A program made the translations under genes and the position numbers. The notes under the pieces were generated by a model. That model was not told where the DNA came from. It did no database searches and saw only the letters and a program-made list of their open reading frames with translations. 64,000 bases of DNA from Eubacteriales bacterium (GTDB lineage: Bacteria; Bacillota; Clostridia; Oscillospirales; CAG-272). Position 1 is the stretch's first letter. The number at the start of each line of letters is the position of its first letter. The stretch is from assembly GCA_045585835.1 (NCBI GenBank), contig JAZMZG010000016.1, positions 46,099 to 110,098 of the forward strand. Direction: 5' to 3'. Shown piece by piece: positions 17,099 through 25,323 of this stretch.

Positions 17099-19962
17099 AA
17101 AGAATTTTAGCGTTTATTTTAACACTATGCCTTATGGCAACGCTTGCGCCGTTTTCGTTCACGGCAAACGCGGCGACGGCGACGGCAACGATGTCGAGCG
17201 CAAATGCAGAGCGCGGCAACACGGTCGTACTTTCCGTTACGCTTGCAAATGCACCCTCAACAAGCATAATGGGTTTTGAGCTTAGCCTTCCGCAAGGCTT
17301 TACGCTTTTGGAAAGCGCAAACACAGCTTGGACTGTAAGCGGTTACAATGCGGACATAATCGAAAGCAACGCCCAGGGTGTTTGGTTTAATTTAACTGAA
17401 CTCAACGTCAACGGCAAGGTGTTGAACCTTGAGATAAAGGTCGGCAATGATGCAAATATCGGAGCAAACACGATAGGCTTTAAGTTTTACGTTGATGATA
17501 CAAGCAGTAGGGATGCTAACGTAGCTGAGGTTGCCGGAGTTATCACTGTTAACAGCAGCACAACTTACAGTGACTACACCTACACTGTGACTGACGGTAA
17601 GGCTGAGATAACTGCCGTTAGTAAATCTATAAGCGGTAACGTGACCATTCCATCAACTCTCGGCGGCTATCCCGTGACCTCTATCGGTAGACAAGCGTTT
17701 CTCGGATGCTCGCAGATGACAAACGTCACGATTCCCAATAGTGTTACGTCTATCGGATTCTGTGCATTTTCAAGCTGCTACGGACTTTTGAGCGTGAATA
17801 TTCCCGACAGCGTTACGTCTATTGGTGCCTATTCATTTGAATATTGCAAGAAACTCGAAAGCGTAACGATAGGAAAGGGACTAGCGACTATCGGAAGCTG
17901 TGCATTTATCGGATGTGAAAAGCTCACGAGCGTTACGATAGGAAGCGGTGTTACGTCTATAAGTGGCGGAGCGTTTCAGAATTGCACCTCCCTCAAAAGC
18001 ATAACTATTCCCGAAAACGTGACGATGATTGGAGCAAATGCATTTTCGGGTTGCACAAGCCTTGCAAATGCATATTTTGCAAACGCCGAAATATGGAAAG
18101 CAGATACGACCGTGCTTAGCGGTCTTTCAAGTTCATCTACGGCTGCGAAATATTTGACACAGACGTATGCAACAGTTGCTTGGAATTGGACAGAACCCGA
18201 GGAAACGCCCGAGGAAACGCCCGAGTATATGTTTGTTTACAAAGTTACTGGTGGCAAGGCTGAGATAACGGGTGTTTCTTCATCGCTAAGCGGCGATGTC
18301 GTTATCCCCAAAAAGCTCGGCGGCTATCCTGTCACGTCTATCGCTAGGTATGCATTTAGAGATTGCACAAGCCTCACGAGCGTAGTGATTCCCGACAGCG
18401 TTACGTCTATCGGCGACGATGCATTTAGAGATTGCACTGGACTCACGAGCATAGATATTCCCAACAGTGTCACGTCTATCGGTGCAAGGACATTTTCTGG
18501 TTGCACTGGACTCACAAGCATAACAATTCCCGACAGCGTTACGTCTATCGGTCTCGGTGCATTTTATGGTTGCACCGGTCTCACGAGCATAACGGTTGAT
18601 GAAAATAATCCAACGTATCACGTTTCGGGTAATTGCCTTATTGAAACGCAAACGAAAACGCTTATTAAGGGATTTAATGACAGTGTTATCCCTAATGACG
18701 GAAGCGTTACGCAAATCGGCTATTGTGCATTTAGAGATTGCACAAGCCTCACGAGCATAACTATACCCGCTAGTGTCACGTCTATCGGTGCAAGGACATT
18801 TTCTGGTTGCACGAGCCTCACGAGCGTAGTGATTCCCGACAGCGTTACGGTTATCGATATGAGTGCATTTTCTGGTTGCACGAGCCTCACGAGCGTAGTG
18901 ATTCCCGACAGCGTTACGTATATCGGTTTGGATGCATTTTCTGGTTGCACGAGCCTCACGAGCGTTGTGATTCCCGACAGCGTTACATATATCGATGCAT
19001 TTTCTGGTTGCACGAGCCTCACAAGCATAACAATTCCCGACAGCGTTACGCAAATCGGCTATTATGCATTTTTGGGTTGCACGAGCCTCACAAGCATAAC
19101 AATTCCCGACAGCGTTACATATATCGCTGGAGAAACATTTAAAGATACGGCATATTATAACGACGAATCAAATTGGGAAAACGGCGTATTGTATATAGGT
19201 AATCATTTAATAGAAGCCAAAGATACGTTAAACGGTGCTTATGAAATAAAAGCAGGTACGAAAACAATTGCTAACGATGCATTTGACGGTTGCACGAGCC
19301 TCACGAGTATAACAATCCCCGACGGCGTTACGTCCATCGGCGACGGGGCATTTTACGGTTGCACGAGCCTCACGAGCGTTCATATCAGTAGCATTGAATC
19401 GTGGCTTAAGATAGATTTTGCAATAAATCCCTTATATTATGCAAAAAAATTATACTTGAACGGCGAATTGGTAACCGAAGTAATAGTTCCCGATAGTATA
19501 ACGGAGATAAAACCTCGTGTATTTGACGGTTGCACCTCCCTCACGAGCATAACTATACCCGACAGCGTAACGTCCATCGGCGAAGATGCATTTTACGGTT
19601 GCGACAATCTCGAAAAGGTATATTTTGAGAATACGGAAGGCTGGAAAACTGTATACTATTATGGACTCGAAAAGACTATGTCTACCACCGAGCTTGCAGA
19701 TCCAAAAAAAGCGGCAGAGTTATTAAAGGATACATATTCCTATTATGAATGGACACGTGTGATTTTGGGAGATGTTAACGGAGATTGTTCTGTTGACGCA
19801 AATGACGCGATTTATTTGCTTTACAACATATTCTTCGATGAACAGAAGTATCCAATAAACCAACCTTGCGACTTTGACGGAGACGGCGGTGTTACCGCAA
19901 ATGATGCCATCTATCTTCTTTACCACATTTTCTTCGACGATAAGGCCTACCCGCTGAATTAA
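17095..19962 (+). CDS. Secreted cohesin-like domain / BspA-type leucine-rich repeat / dockerin protein
   Basis: Signal peptide MKRILAFILTLCLMATLAPFSFTANA. Cohesin-like N-terminal module. About 20 LRR units of the form IPDSVTSIGxxAFxGCTSLTS. C-terminal duplicated dockerin segments (GDVNGDCSVDANDAIYLL and DFDGDGGVTANDAIYLL). Confidence 0.85.
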   Translation: MKRILAFILTLCLMATLAPFSFTANAATATATMSSANAERGNTVVLSVTLANAPSTSIMGFELSLPQGFTLLESANTAWTVSGYNADIIESNAQGVWFNLTELNVNGKVLNLEIKVGNDANIGANTIGFKFYVDDTSSRDANVAEVAGVITVNSSTTYSDYTYTVTDGKAEITAVSKSISGNVTIPSTLGGYPVTSIGRQAFLGCSQMTNVTIPNSVTSIGFCAFSSCYGLLSVNIPDSVTSIGAYSFEYCKKLESVTIGKGLATIGSCAFIGCEKLTSVTIGSGVTSISGGAFQNCTSLKSITIPENVTMIGANAFSGCTSLANAYFANAEIWKADTTVLSGLSSSSTAAKYLTQTYATVAWNWTEPEETPEETPEYMFVYKVTGGKAEITGVSSSLSGDVVIPKKLGGYPVTSIARYAFRDCTSLTSVVIPDSVTSIGDDAFRDCTGLTSIDIPNSVTSIGARTFSGCTGLTSITIPDSVTSIGLGAFYGCTGLTSITVDENNPTYHVSGNCLIETQTKTLIKGFNDSVIPNDGSVTQIGYCAFRDCTSLTSITIPASVTSIGARTFSGCTSLTSVVIPDSVTVIDMSAFSGCTSLTSVVIPDSVTYIGLDAFSGCTSLTSVVIPDSVTYIDAFSGCTSLTSITIPDSVTQIGYYAFLGCTSLTSITIPDSVTYIAGETFKDTAYYNDESNWENGVLYIGNHLIEAKDTLNGAYEIKAGTKTIANDAFDGCTSLTSITIPDGVTSIGDGAFYGCTSLTSVHISSIESWLKIDFAINPLYYAKKLYLNGELVTEVIVPDSITEIKPRVFDGCTSLTSITIPDSVTSIGEDAFYGCDNLEKVYFENTEGWKTVYYYGLEKTMSTTELADPKKAAELLKDTYSYYEWTRVILGDVNGDCSVDANDAIYLLYNIFFDEQKYPINQPCDFDGDGGVTANDAIYLLYHIFFDDKAYPLN
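18796..19134 (+). repeat. Five near-identical tandem DNA units (69, 69, 63, 69, 69 nt) within the LRR region
   Basis: GCATTTTCTGGTTGCACGAGCCTCACGAGCGTAGTGATTCCCGACAGCGTTAC recurs at 18796, 18865, 18934, 18997 and 19066. Confidence 0.9.
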
Positions 19963-19965
19963 ATA

Positions 19966-20004
19966 GAAAAATCGCTTGGCGTGAAGCTAAGCGATTTTTA
20001 TTTT
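19966..20004. terminator. Bidirectional intrinsic terminator between the LRR gene and rnj
   Basis: AAAAATCGCTTGG-loop-CTAAGCGATTTTT. Confidence 0.75.
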
Positions 20005-20005
20005 A

Positions 20006-21703
20006 CTATACGTTTACTGTGATAGGAAGTATCATGGGGCGTCTGCCCGTCTTTTGATACATAAACTTTGCAAGTACGTCCTTTGCTTTCGTCTTTATCT
20101 CCGCCATATCGTAGCTTCCGCTGTCAAGAAGCTCTATGACTGCATCGGAGACTATCATCTTCGCCTCATCCATAAGCTCCTCGGACTCTCTCACGTATAC
20201 GAATCCGCGGGAAACAAGGTCGGGGCCCGACATCAAAAGTCCGTCGTTTGCATCTATCGCCATAACGATTATTATAAGTCCCTCTTCCGACAAAAGCCTT
20301 CTGTCACGAAGCACGATATTGCCGACGTCACCTACGCCGTAGCCGTCCACGAGCACCTTGCCCGATGTTACGGAACCATTGAATTTCATAGTTTTCTTGT
20401 CGAGCTCTATGACTTTGCCGTTTTCTGATATGAGTATGTTTTTTGTGGGGATACCCATATATGCAGCGAGGTCTGCGTGGGATTTGAGCTGACGGTATTC
20501 GCCGTGTATGGGAACAAAAAATTTAGGTTTGGTGAGGTGAAACATAAGCTTTAGGTCCTCTTGGCAGGCGTGGCCGGAAACGTGTACGTCCGCTATCGCA
20601 CTGTGAAGCACTTTTATGCCGTTTGACATAAGCTCGTTTATGACCTTATCGACGAATTTTTCGTTACCGGGGATAGCGGAAGCGGAGAAGATGACCACGT
20701 CACTTGGACCAAGCTTCACTTTAGAATGCTCTGCAAACGCCATACGGTAGAGTGCGGACATATGCTCGCCCTGCGTACCCGTCGTGATTATCGTTATCTG
20801 TTCGGGGTTATAGCGGTTTATCTCGTCAATGTTTATTAGTACGCCCTCGGGTACGTGAATATATCCAAGACGGGTTGCAACGTCGATTATGTTAAGCATA
20901 CTGCGGCCCGTGAGGGCAACTTTTCTGCCGTAATGTATAGCGGCGTTGATTATTTGCTGTACTCTGTGGACGTTTGAGGAAAACGTAGTGATAACTATGC
21001 GCTTGTTTTTGTACTGATTAAATATGTTATTAAGATTTTCGCCGACGATTCTTTCGGGAAGGGTGCTTCCGGGGCGTTCTGCGTTAGTTGAATCGCTCAT
21101 TAAAAGAAGTACGCCCTTGTTACCGAGCTCTCCGAAGCGGGCAAGGTCGATATGACCGTCGATAGGCGTAAGGTCAACCTTAAAGTCTCCCGTTATGATG
21201 ACCGTACCTACGGGAGTCGTTATCGCATAGGCGACTGCGTCTGCGATACTGTGCGTTACGCTTATTGCCTCGACGCCGAAAATTCCAAGCTTAAATTTGT
21301 CGCCGCCTTTTATGGCGTTGAGCTTTGCGATATCCGCTATAGATGCTTCTGCAAGCTTGTGCTCGATGATACCGAGCGTAAGCGGCGTTCCGTAGATGGG
21401 AACGTTTATTTTTTTAAGAAAATAGGGAATACTACCCACGTGGTCCTCGTGACCGTGAGTGATAACAAGACCTCTTATCTTTTCTGCGTTTTTCTCAAGA
21501 TATGAAAAATCGGGGATAACGAGGTCGATGCCGAGCATTTCGTCGTCGGGGAAGGACACACCGCAGTCAACGAGCATTATGTCGTCGCCGTATTCGAATG
21601 CGGTGATGTTTTTTCCTATCTCGCCAAGACCTCCCAAAGCGATAATGCGGAGCTTTGTTCCTGCCGTCTCCGCTGCGGCTTGACTTGATTTCTTTTTAGC
21701 CAT
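20006..21703 (-). CDS. rnj: Ribonuclease J
   Basis: Metallo-beta-lactamase motif ITHGHEDHVGSIPY, beta-CASP architecture, length 565 aa. Confidence 0.95.
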   Translation of the reverse strand: MAKKKSSQAAAETAGTKLRIIALGGLGEIGKNITAFEYGDDIMLVDCGVSFPDDEMLGIDLVIPDFSYLEKNAEKIRGLVITHGHEDHVGSIPYFLKKINVPIYGTPLTLGIIEHKLAEASIADIAKLNAIKGGDKFKLGIFGVEAISVTHSIADAVAYAITTPVGTVIITGDFKVDLTPIDGHIDLARFGELGNKGVLLLMSDSTNAERPGSTLPERIVGENLNNIFNQYKNKRIVITTFSSNVHRVQQIINAAIHYGRKVALTGRSMLNIIDVATRLGYIHVPEGVLINIDEINRYNPEQITIITTGTQGEHMSALYRMAFAEHSKVKLGPSDVVIFSASAIPGNEKFVDKVINELMSNGIKVLHSAIADVHVSGHACQEDLKLMFHLTKPKFFVPIHGEYRQLKSHADLAAYMGIPTKNILISENGKVIELDKKTMKFNGSVTSGKVLVDGYGVGDVGNIVLRDRRLLSEEGLIIIVMAIDANDGLLMSGPDLVSRGFVYVRESEELMDEAKMIVSDAVIELLDSGSYDMAEIKTKAKDVLAKFMYQKTGRRPMILPITVNV

Positions 21704-21901
21704 TTGTTCTCCTAATTATTTTTATTTGTATACGTAAAATTACAAAGACAAGAAAGCCTAACTGCAGTTAGACCTTGAAACTATACGCCGACGTAATGAA
21801 AAAGCACGCCCAAAACGGAGGGAGGGCAGTTTCGAATAATCGGCTTTTTTTGATGCATGATATTTATGTTCCATTCGTCCCGAACATAATACGTTAATTT
21901 G

Positions 21902-21930
21902 ATTATACCATAATTATATACTTTTGTCAA
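21902..21930 (-). promoter_or_regulatory. Sigma-A type promoter of rnj (implies a leader of about 190 nt)
   Basis: On the minus strand: TTGACA (21925-21930), 17-nt spacer, TGgTATAAT (-10 at 21902-21907). Confidence 0.65.
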
Positions 21931-21981
21931 ATATTTAATGCAGATAAAAAGACAAGTGAGAAAATATTTTTAAAAAAGCTA

Positions 21982-22010
21982 TTGACAAAGCGAAAATTGT
22001 TTGATATACT
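21982..22010 (+). promoter_or_regulatory. Sigma-A type promoter of the tRNA operon
   Basis: TTGACA (21982-21987), 17-nt spacer, TGaTATACT (-10 at 22005-22010). Confidence 0.7.
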
Positions 22011-22045
22011 TGTAAAGCACTTGGGAAAGCAACTGAACTTAATAT

Positions 22046-22122
22046 GGCGGAATAGCTCAGTTGGCTAGAGCATACGGTTCATACCCGTACGGTCGGCGGT
22101 TCGAGTCCACCTTCCGCTACCA
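22046..22122 (+). tRNA. tRNA-Met (anticodon CAU), elongator type
   Basis: GGCGGAATAGCTCAGTTGGCTAGAGC...TACGG-TTCATAC-CCGTA...GGTTCGAGTCC...CCGCTACCA. Cloverleaf folded by hand; CCA is encoded. Confidence 0.9.
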
Positions 22123-22142
22123 CTTTCCCAAAAAACAAAAGA

Positions 22143-22217
22143 GGCCCGTTGGTCAAGCGGTTAAGACATCGCCCTTTCACGGCGGAAACACGAGTTCGAT
22201 TCTCGTACGGGTCACCA
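22143..22217 (+). tRNA. tRNA-Glu (anticodon UUC)
   Basis: GGCCCGTTGGTCAAGCGGTTAAGACA...CCTTTCACGG...GGTTCGATTC...GGGTCACCA. Confidence 0.9.
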
Positions 22218-22246
22218 CACTTGCTTCGAAAGAAGCAAGTGTTTTT
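22218..22246 (+). terminator. Terminator-like hairpin between the two tRNA-Glu genes
   Basis: CACTTGCTTC-GAAA-GAAGCAAGTG followed by TTTTT. It ends 2 nt before the next tRNA. Confidence 0.65.
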
Positions 22247-22248
22247 AA

Positions 22249-22323
22249 GGCCCGTTGGTCAAGCGGTCAAGACGCTAGCCTCTCACGCTGGAAACGGGGG
22301 TTCGATTCCCCCACGGGTCACCA
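22249..22323 (+). tRNA. tRNA-Glu (anticodon CUC)
   Basis: GGCCCGTTGGTCAAGCGGTCAAGACG...CCTCTCACGC...GGTTCGATTCCCCC...GGGTCACCA. Confidence 0.9.
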
Positions 22324-22367
22324 AAACCTTCTCGGATTTCAGTTCGAGAAGGTTTTACTTTTTTTCC
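22323..22367 (+). terminator. Intrinsic terminator of the tRNA operon
   Basis: AAAACCTTCTCG-loop-CGAGAAGGTTTT followed by ACTTTTTTT. Confidence 0.8.
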
Positions 22368-22443
22368 CTTCCCTTTTTACTAAAATTGTCCGAGAAAATT
22401 TGGAAGTGAATAGTGAAGTTGCTTCGCAAGAGACAAGGTGCCA

Positions 22444-22472
22444 TTGAAATTCGATGAATTTTGTGATATAAT
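22444..22472 (+). promoter_or_regulatory. Sigma-A type promoter of the methyltransferase-fold gene
   Basis: TTGAAA, 17-nt spacer, TGaTATAAT. Confidence 0.65.
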
Positions 22473-22494
22473 TATTCGGTAGGGAGGCGATGTT

Positions 22495-23394
22495 TTGAAT
22501 AAAGAAGAATCAATGCATATAAGTGCTGCCATCGGCACGGTCATAGCAAGGGATTTCCCCGTGGTGCGTTACGGGTGCAAGGAGCTTGCCGATGCAAAAA
22601 GCGAGTTTTCCGCCGAAGAGTTATCGGAGCTTAAAGAAATCGGTCTTATGCGCGGAGATTTTGAGGAATATTACGTAATACGCGAGTTTTGCAGAATGAT
22701 ATCGCTTGGGGACGTTGCCGAGGGCGACTATATCGCCGAGCTTTTCAAAAACGCAAGGAAACTCAACGCGGACGAGCTTGAAGATGACCCGTATATGAAG
22801 CTTGCCATTCCCGAGGCTAAAGACGGTGACATTACGCTTTCATACGGTGAGTACGAGGCAGGGGAGATATTCCAATACGATATGCCCGATTTTAATGGAA
22901 GGCTCGTTGTTCCAAAGCTTGCGTTTTACACCCGCAAGGTGCGCTTTCCTGCAATATACGAAGGCAATATGCCTTGGGTAAGCGTCTGCCCCTCGGAGAT
23001 AAATTCGATGCGTGCCGATATTGCAAGAGCGAGCGGGAAAGTGCTCGTTTTAGGTCTTGGGCTTGGGTATTATGCATATATGTGCGCACGCAAGCAAGAC
23101 GTTTCGAAGGTATGCGTTGTCGAGATAAACGAGAAGATAATAAACATATTCAAAAAGCACGTTTTGCCTCTTATGGAATGTGCTGACAAGATAGAACTTG
23201 TGTGCGCCGATGCGCTAAAATTCACGGACTCAATAAAGGACGGCGAGTACGATTTCGTGTATTGCGATATATGGGAGGGCGCTGTGGACGGTGCAGAGCC
23301 TTACAAGGCTTTAAAGAAAAACGAAAAACGTTTGCCTTCCACGCACTTTGCATATTGGATAGAGCCGCAGATAAGGGCTTATTTGGATGAGTAA
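22495..23394 (+). CDS. Class I SAM-dependent methyltransferase / spermidine-synthase-like fold protein with an unknown N-terminal domain
   Basis: TTG start 7 nt after AGGGAGG. Motif I VLVLGLGLG, acidic end of beta-2 (VVEIN), DFVYCDIW. The first ~150 aa are not recognised. Confidence 0.6.
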   Translation: MNKEESMHISAAIGTVIARDFPVVRYGCKELADAKSEFSAEELSELKEIGLMRGDFEEYYVIREFCRMISLGDVAEGDYIAELFKNARKLNADELEDDPYMKLAIPEAKDGDITLSYGEYEAGEIFQYDMPDFNGRLVVPKLAFYTRKVRFPAIYEGNMPWVSVCPSEINSMRADIARASGKVLVLGLGLGYYAYMCARKQDVSKVCVVEINEKIINIFKKHVLPLMECADKIELVCADALKFTDSIKDGEYDFVYCDIWEGAVDGAEPYKALKKNEKRLPSTHFAYWIEPQIRAYLDE

Positions 23395-23431
23395 AAAACG
23401 GTGTCAAGCAATCGCTTGACACCGTTTTTTA
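23393..23431. terminator. Bidirectional intrinsic terminator
   Basis: AAAAAACGGTGTCAAGC-AATC-GCTTGACACCGTTTTTT between convergent genes. Confidence 0.85.
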
Positions 23432-23770
23432 TTGAAGGCCGAAGCTTATGTTTAAAGCAGAGTTGACTCGGGTCATATCCGTATCGCTCAAATGCCCCAT
23501 TTTTTCCTTCAGCCGTTGCTTATCAATGGTACGTATCTGCTCAAGCAGCACCACGGAATCCTTCGAAAGACCGACTTCCTCGCCGCTTACGCCTATATGC
23601 GTGGGCAGCGGGTTTTTGTCAAGCTGACTTGTAATGGCGGCGGCTATCACCGTTGGAGAATATCTGTTTCCGATGTCATTTTGCACAATAAGTATAGGTC
23701 TTACGCCGCCTTGCTCCGAACCAACTACAGGGCTTAGGTCGGCATAATATATATCGCCTCGTTTTATCAT
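23429..23770 (-). CDS. mazF: MazF/PemK family endoribonuclease toxin (EndoA-like)
   Basis: [48 protein letters not shown]...LPTHI...[17 protein letters not shown] is close to Bacillus EndoA as I recall it. ATG 23770 follows GGGAG. Confidence 0.9.
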   Translation of the reverse strand: MIKRGDIYYADLSPVVGSEQGGVRPILIVQNDIGNRYSPTVIAAAITSQLDKNPLPTHIGVSGEEVGLSKDSVVLLEQIRTIDKQRLKEKMGHLSDTDMTRVNSALNISFGLQ

Positions 23771-23858
23771 ATTTTTCTCCCTTGTTTTGCTTTGCTTATA
23801 TTTTGACCGTATATGTGCGTATTTAAACATACAAGGTGCGAAAAATTTTAAAAAAGTG

Positions 23859-23887
23859 TTGTCAAGAGGGAGAGTTTGTTGTATACT
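23859..23887 (+). promoter_or_regulatory. Sigma-A type promoter of murD
   Basis: TTGTCA, 17-nt spacer, TATACT. Confidence 0.5.
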
Positions 23888-23922
23888 TATAATGTAAAAA
23901 TATATCTTGAAAGAGGTACGTT

Positions 23923-25311
23923 ATGAATAATGCTTTTCTTTCATATATCAATAATAAAAGTATAGGTCTTTTAGGACTTGGAATAAGTAATGCGCCTTTG
24001 GTATCAAAGCTGCTTTCTTGGGGCGCTTCGAAAGTAACGGTACGCGATAAAAAGCCGAAAGAGGAAATTTTGATGCGATTTCCTTTTCTTTCAGAAATAA
24101 AGGGTATTGAGTTTATTTGCGGCGACGCTTATCTTGAAGGAATCGACGAGGAGCTTGTTTTGAAAACTCCCGGTATACGATATGACGTTCCCGAGCTTCT
24201 AACAGCCCGTGAAAACGGCACGGAAATAAGCTCCGAGATAGAGCTTTTCTTCCGTTTTTGCCCCGCTTACAAGATAGCGGTTACGGGAAGCGACGGCAAA
24301 ACGACTACTACCTCGCTCATTTATGAGATGCTCAAAACCGAGGGCAAGAAGGTCTTTTTGGGCGGAAATATAGGTCAGCCGCTTCTTTATCGCATAAATG
24401 ACATCGCAGACGATGACGTTGTGGTAGCGGAGCTTTCGAGCTTCCAACTTCACACGCAAACGCAGAGCCCCGACGTTGCGGTAATAACGAATATCTCGCC
24501 AAATCACCTTGATTGGCATAAGGATTTTGCGGAATACAAGGATGCCAAGGCGAGCATAATGAAATATCAAAGCAACACCGGCGTCGCTGTGTTAAACGGA
24601 GCAAACGAGGGTAGCCTTGAGTACAAGAAGTACGTCAAGGGCGCACTTCGCACTTTTTCGGGCAAGACCGAGCCCGACGGTGAGGGCGCATACCTCAAGG
24701 ACGGATATATTTGCTATAAAGACCGTTTTGGCGACGAACGGATAGTTCCCGCTTGCGATATCAAGACGCCCGGATATCATAACGTCGAAAACTATATGGC
24801 GGCTATATGCGCAACGAGAGGGCTTGTCACAAGCGATACCGTCAGAAAGGTCGCGCAGACCTTTACGGGCGTAAAGCACAGACTTCAGCTTGTGAGAATT
24901 AAGGACGGAGTAAAATTTTATAATTCGTCTATAGACTCAAGTCCCTCGAGAACCACGGCGGCGCTTTCGAGCTTTAGTGAGAAAAACGTCATAGTGATAT
25001 TGGGCGGTAAGGACAAAAAGGTTCCGTTTGATTCCTTATCGAAGCCTCTTGCCGAAAAGTGCAAGTGTGCGGTGCTTACGGGAATGGCGATGGATAAAAT
25101 ATACAAAGACGTTGCCGAGACCGAGGAATACAAGGACGGCAAGATAAAGTTTTACAAAGAACCCGATTTCGAAGCGGCGGTAAAGCTTGCGGCGAGCCTT
25201 GCAAAAGAGGGCGATGCGGTGCTTCTTTCGCCCGCTTGCACCTCTTTCGACCGCTTTGCTAATTTTGAGCAAAGAGGCGAGTTCTTCACGGATATAGTAA
25301 ATTCACTTTAA
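23923..25311 (+). CDS. murD: UDP-N-acetylmuramoylalanine--D-glutamate ligase
   Basis: VTGSDGKTTTTSLI P-loop, YNSSIDSSP (MurD NDSKATN position), length 462 aa. Confidence 0.9.
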   Translation: MNNAFLSYINNKSIGLLGLGISNAPLVSKLLSWGASKVTVRDKKPKEEILMRFPFLSEIKGIEFICGDAYLEGIDEELVLKTPGIRYDVPELLTARENGTEISSEIELFFRFCPAYKIAVTGSDGKTTTTSLIYEMLKTEGKKVFLGGNIGQPLLYRINDIADDDVVVAELSSFQLHTQTQSPDVAVITNISPNHLDWHKDFAEYKDAKASIMKYQSNTGVAVLNGANEGSLEYKKYVKGALRTFSGKTEPDGEGAYLKDGYICYKDRFGDERIVPACDIKTPGYHNVENYMAAICATRGLVTSDTVRKVAQTFTGVKHRLQLVRIKDGVKFYNSSIDSSPSRTTAALSSFSEKNVIVILGGKDKKVPFDSLSKPLAEKCKCAVLTGMAMDKIYKDVAETEEYKDGKIKFYKEPDFEAAVKLAASLAKEGDAVLLSPACTSFDRFANFEQRGEFFTDIVNSL

Positions 25312-25323
25312 TTTGAGGACAAA

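Noticed and set aside
18286-19142. Several ORFs (255, 111, 102 and 65 aa), in alternative frames or antisense, inside the LRR repeat array.
   Set aside because: They are repetitive low-complexity translations created by the 69-nt DNA repeats. The in-frame LRR protein explains the region.
22061-22447. 128-aa and 86-aa ORFs overlapping the tRNA cluster.
   Set aside because: They run straight through three tRNA genes and two terminators and have no ribosome-binding site.
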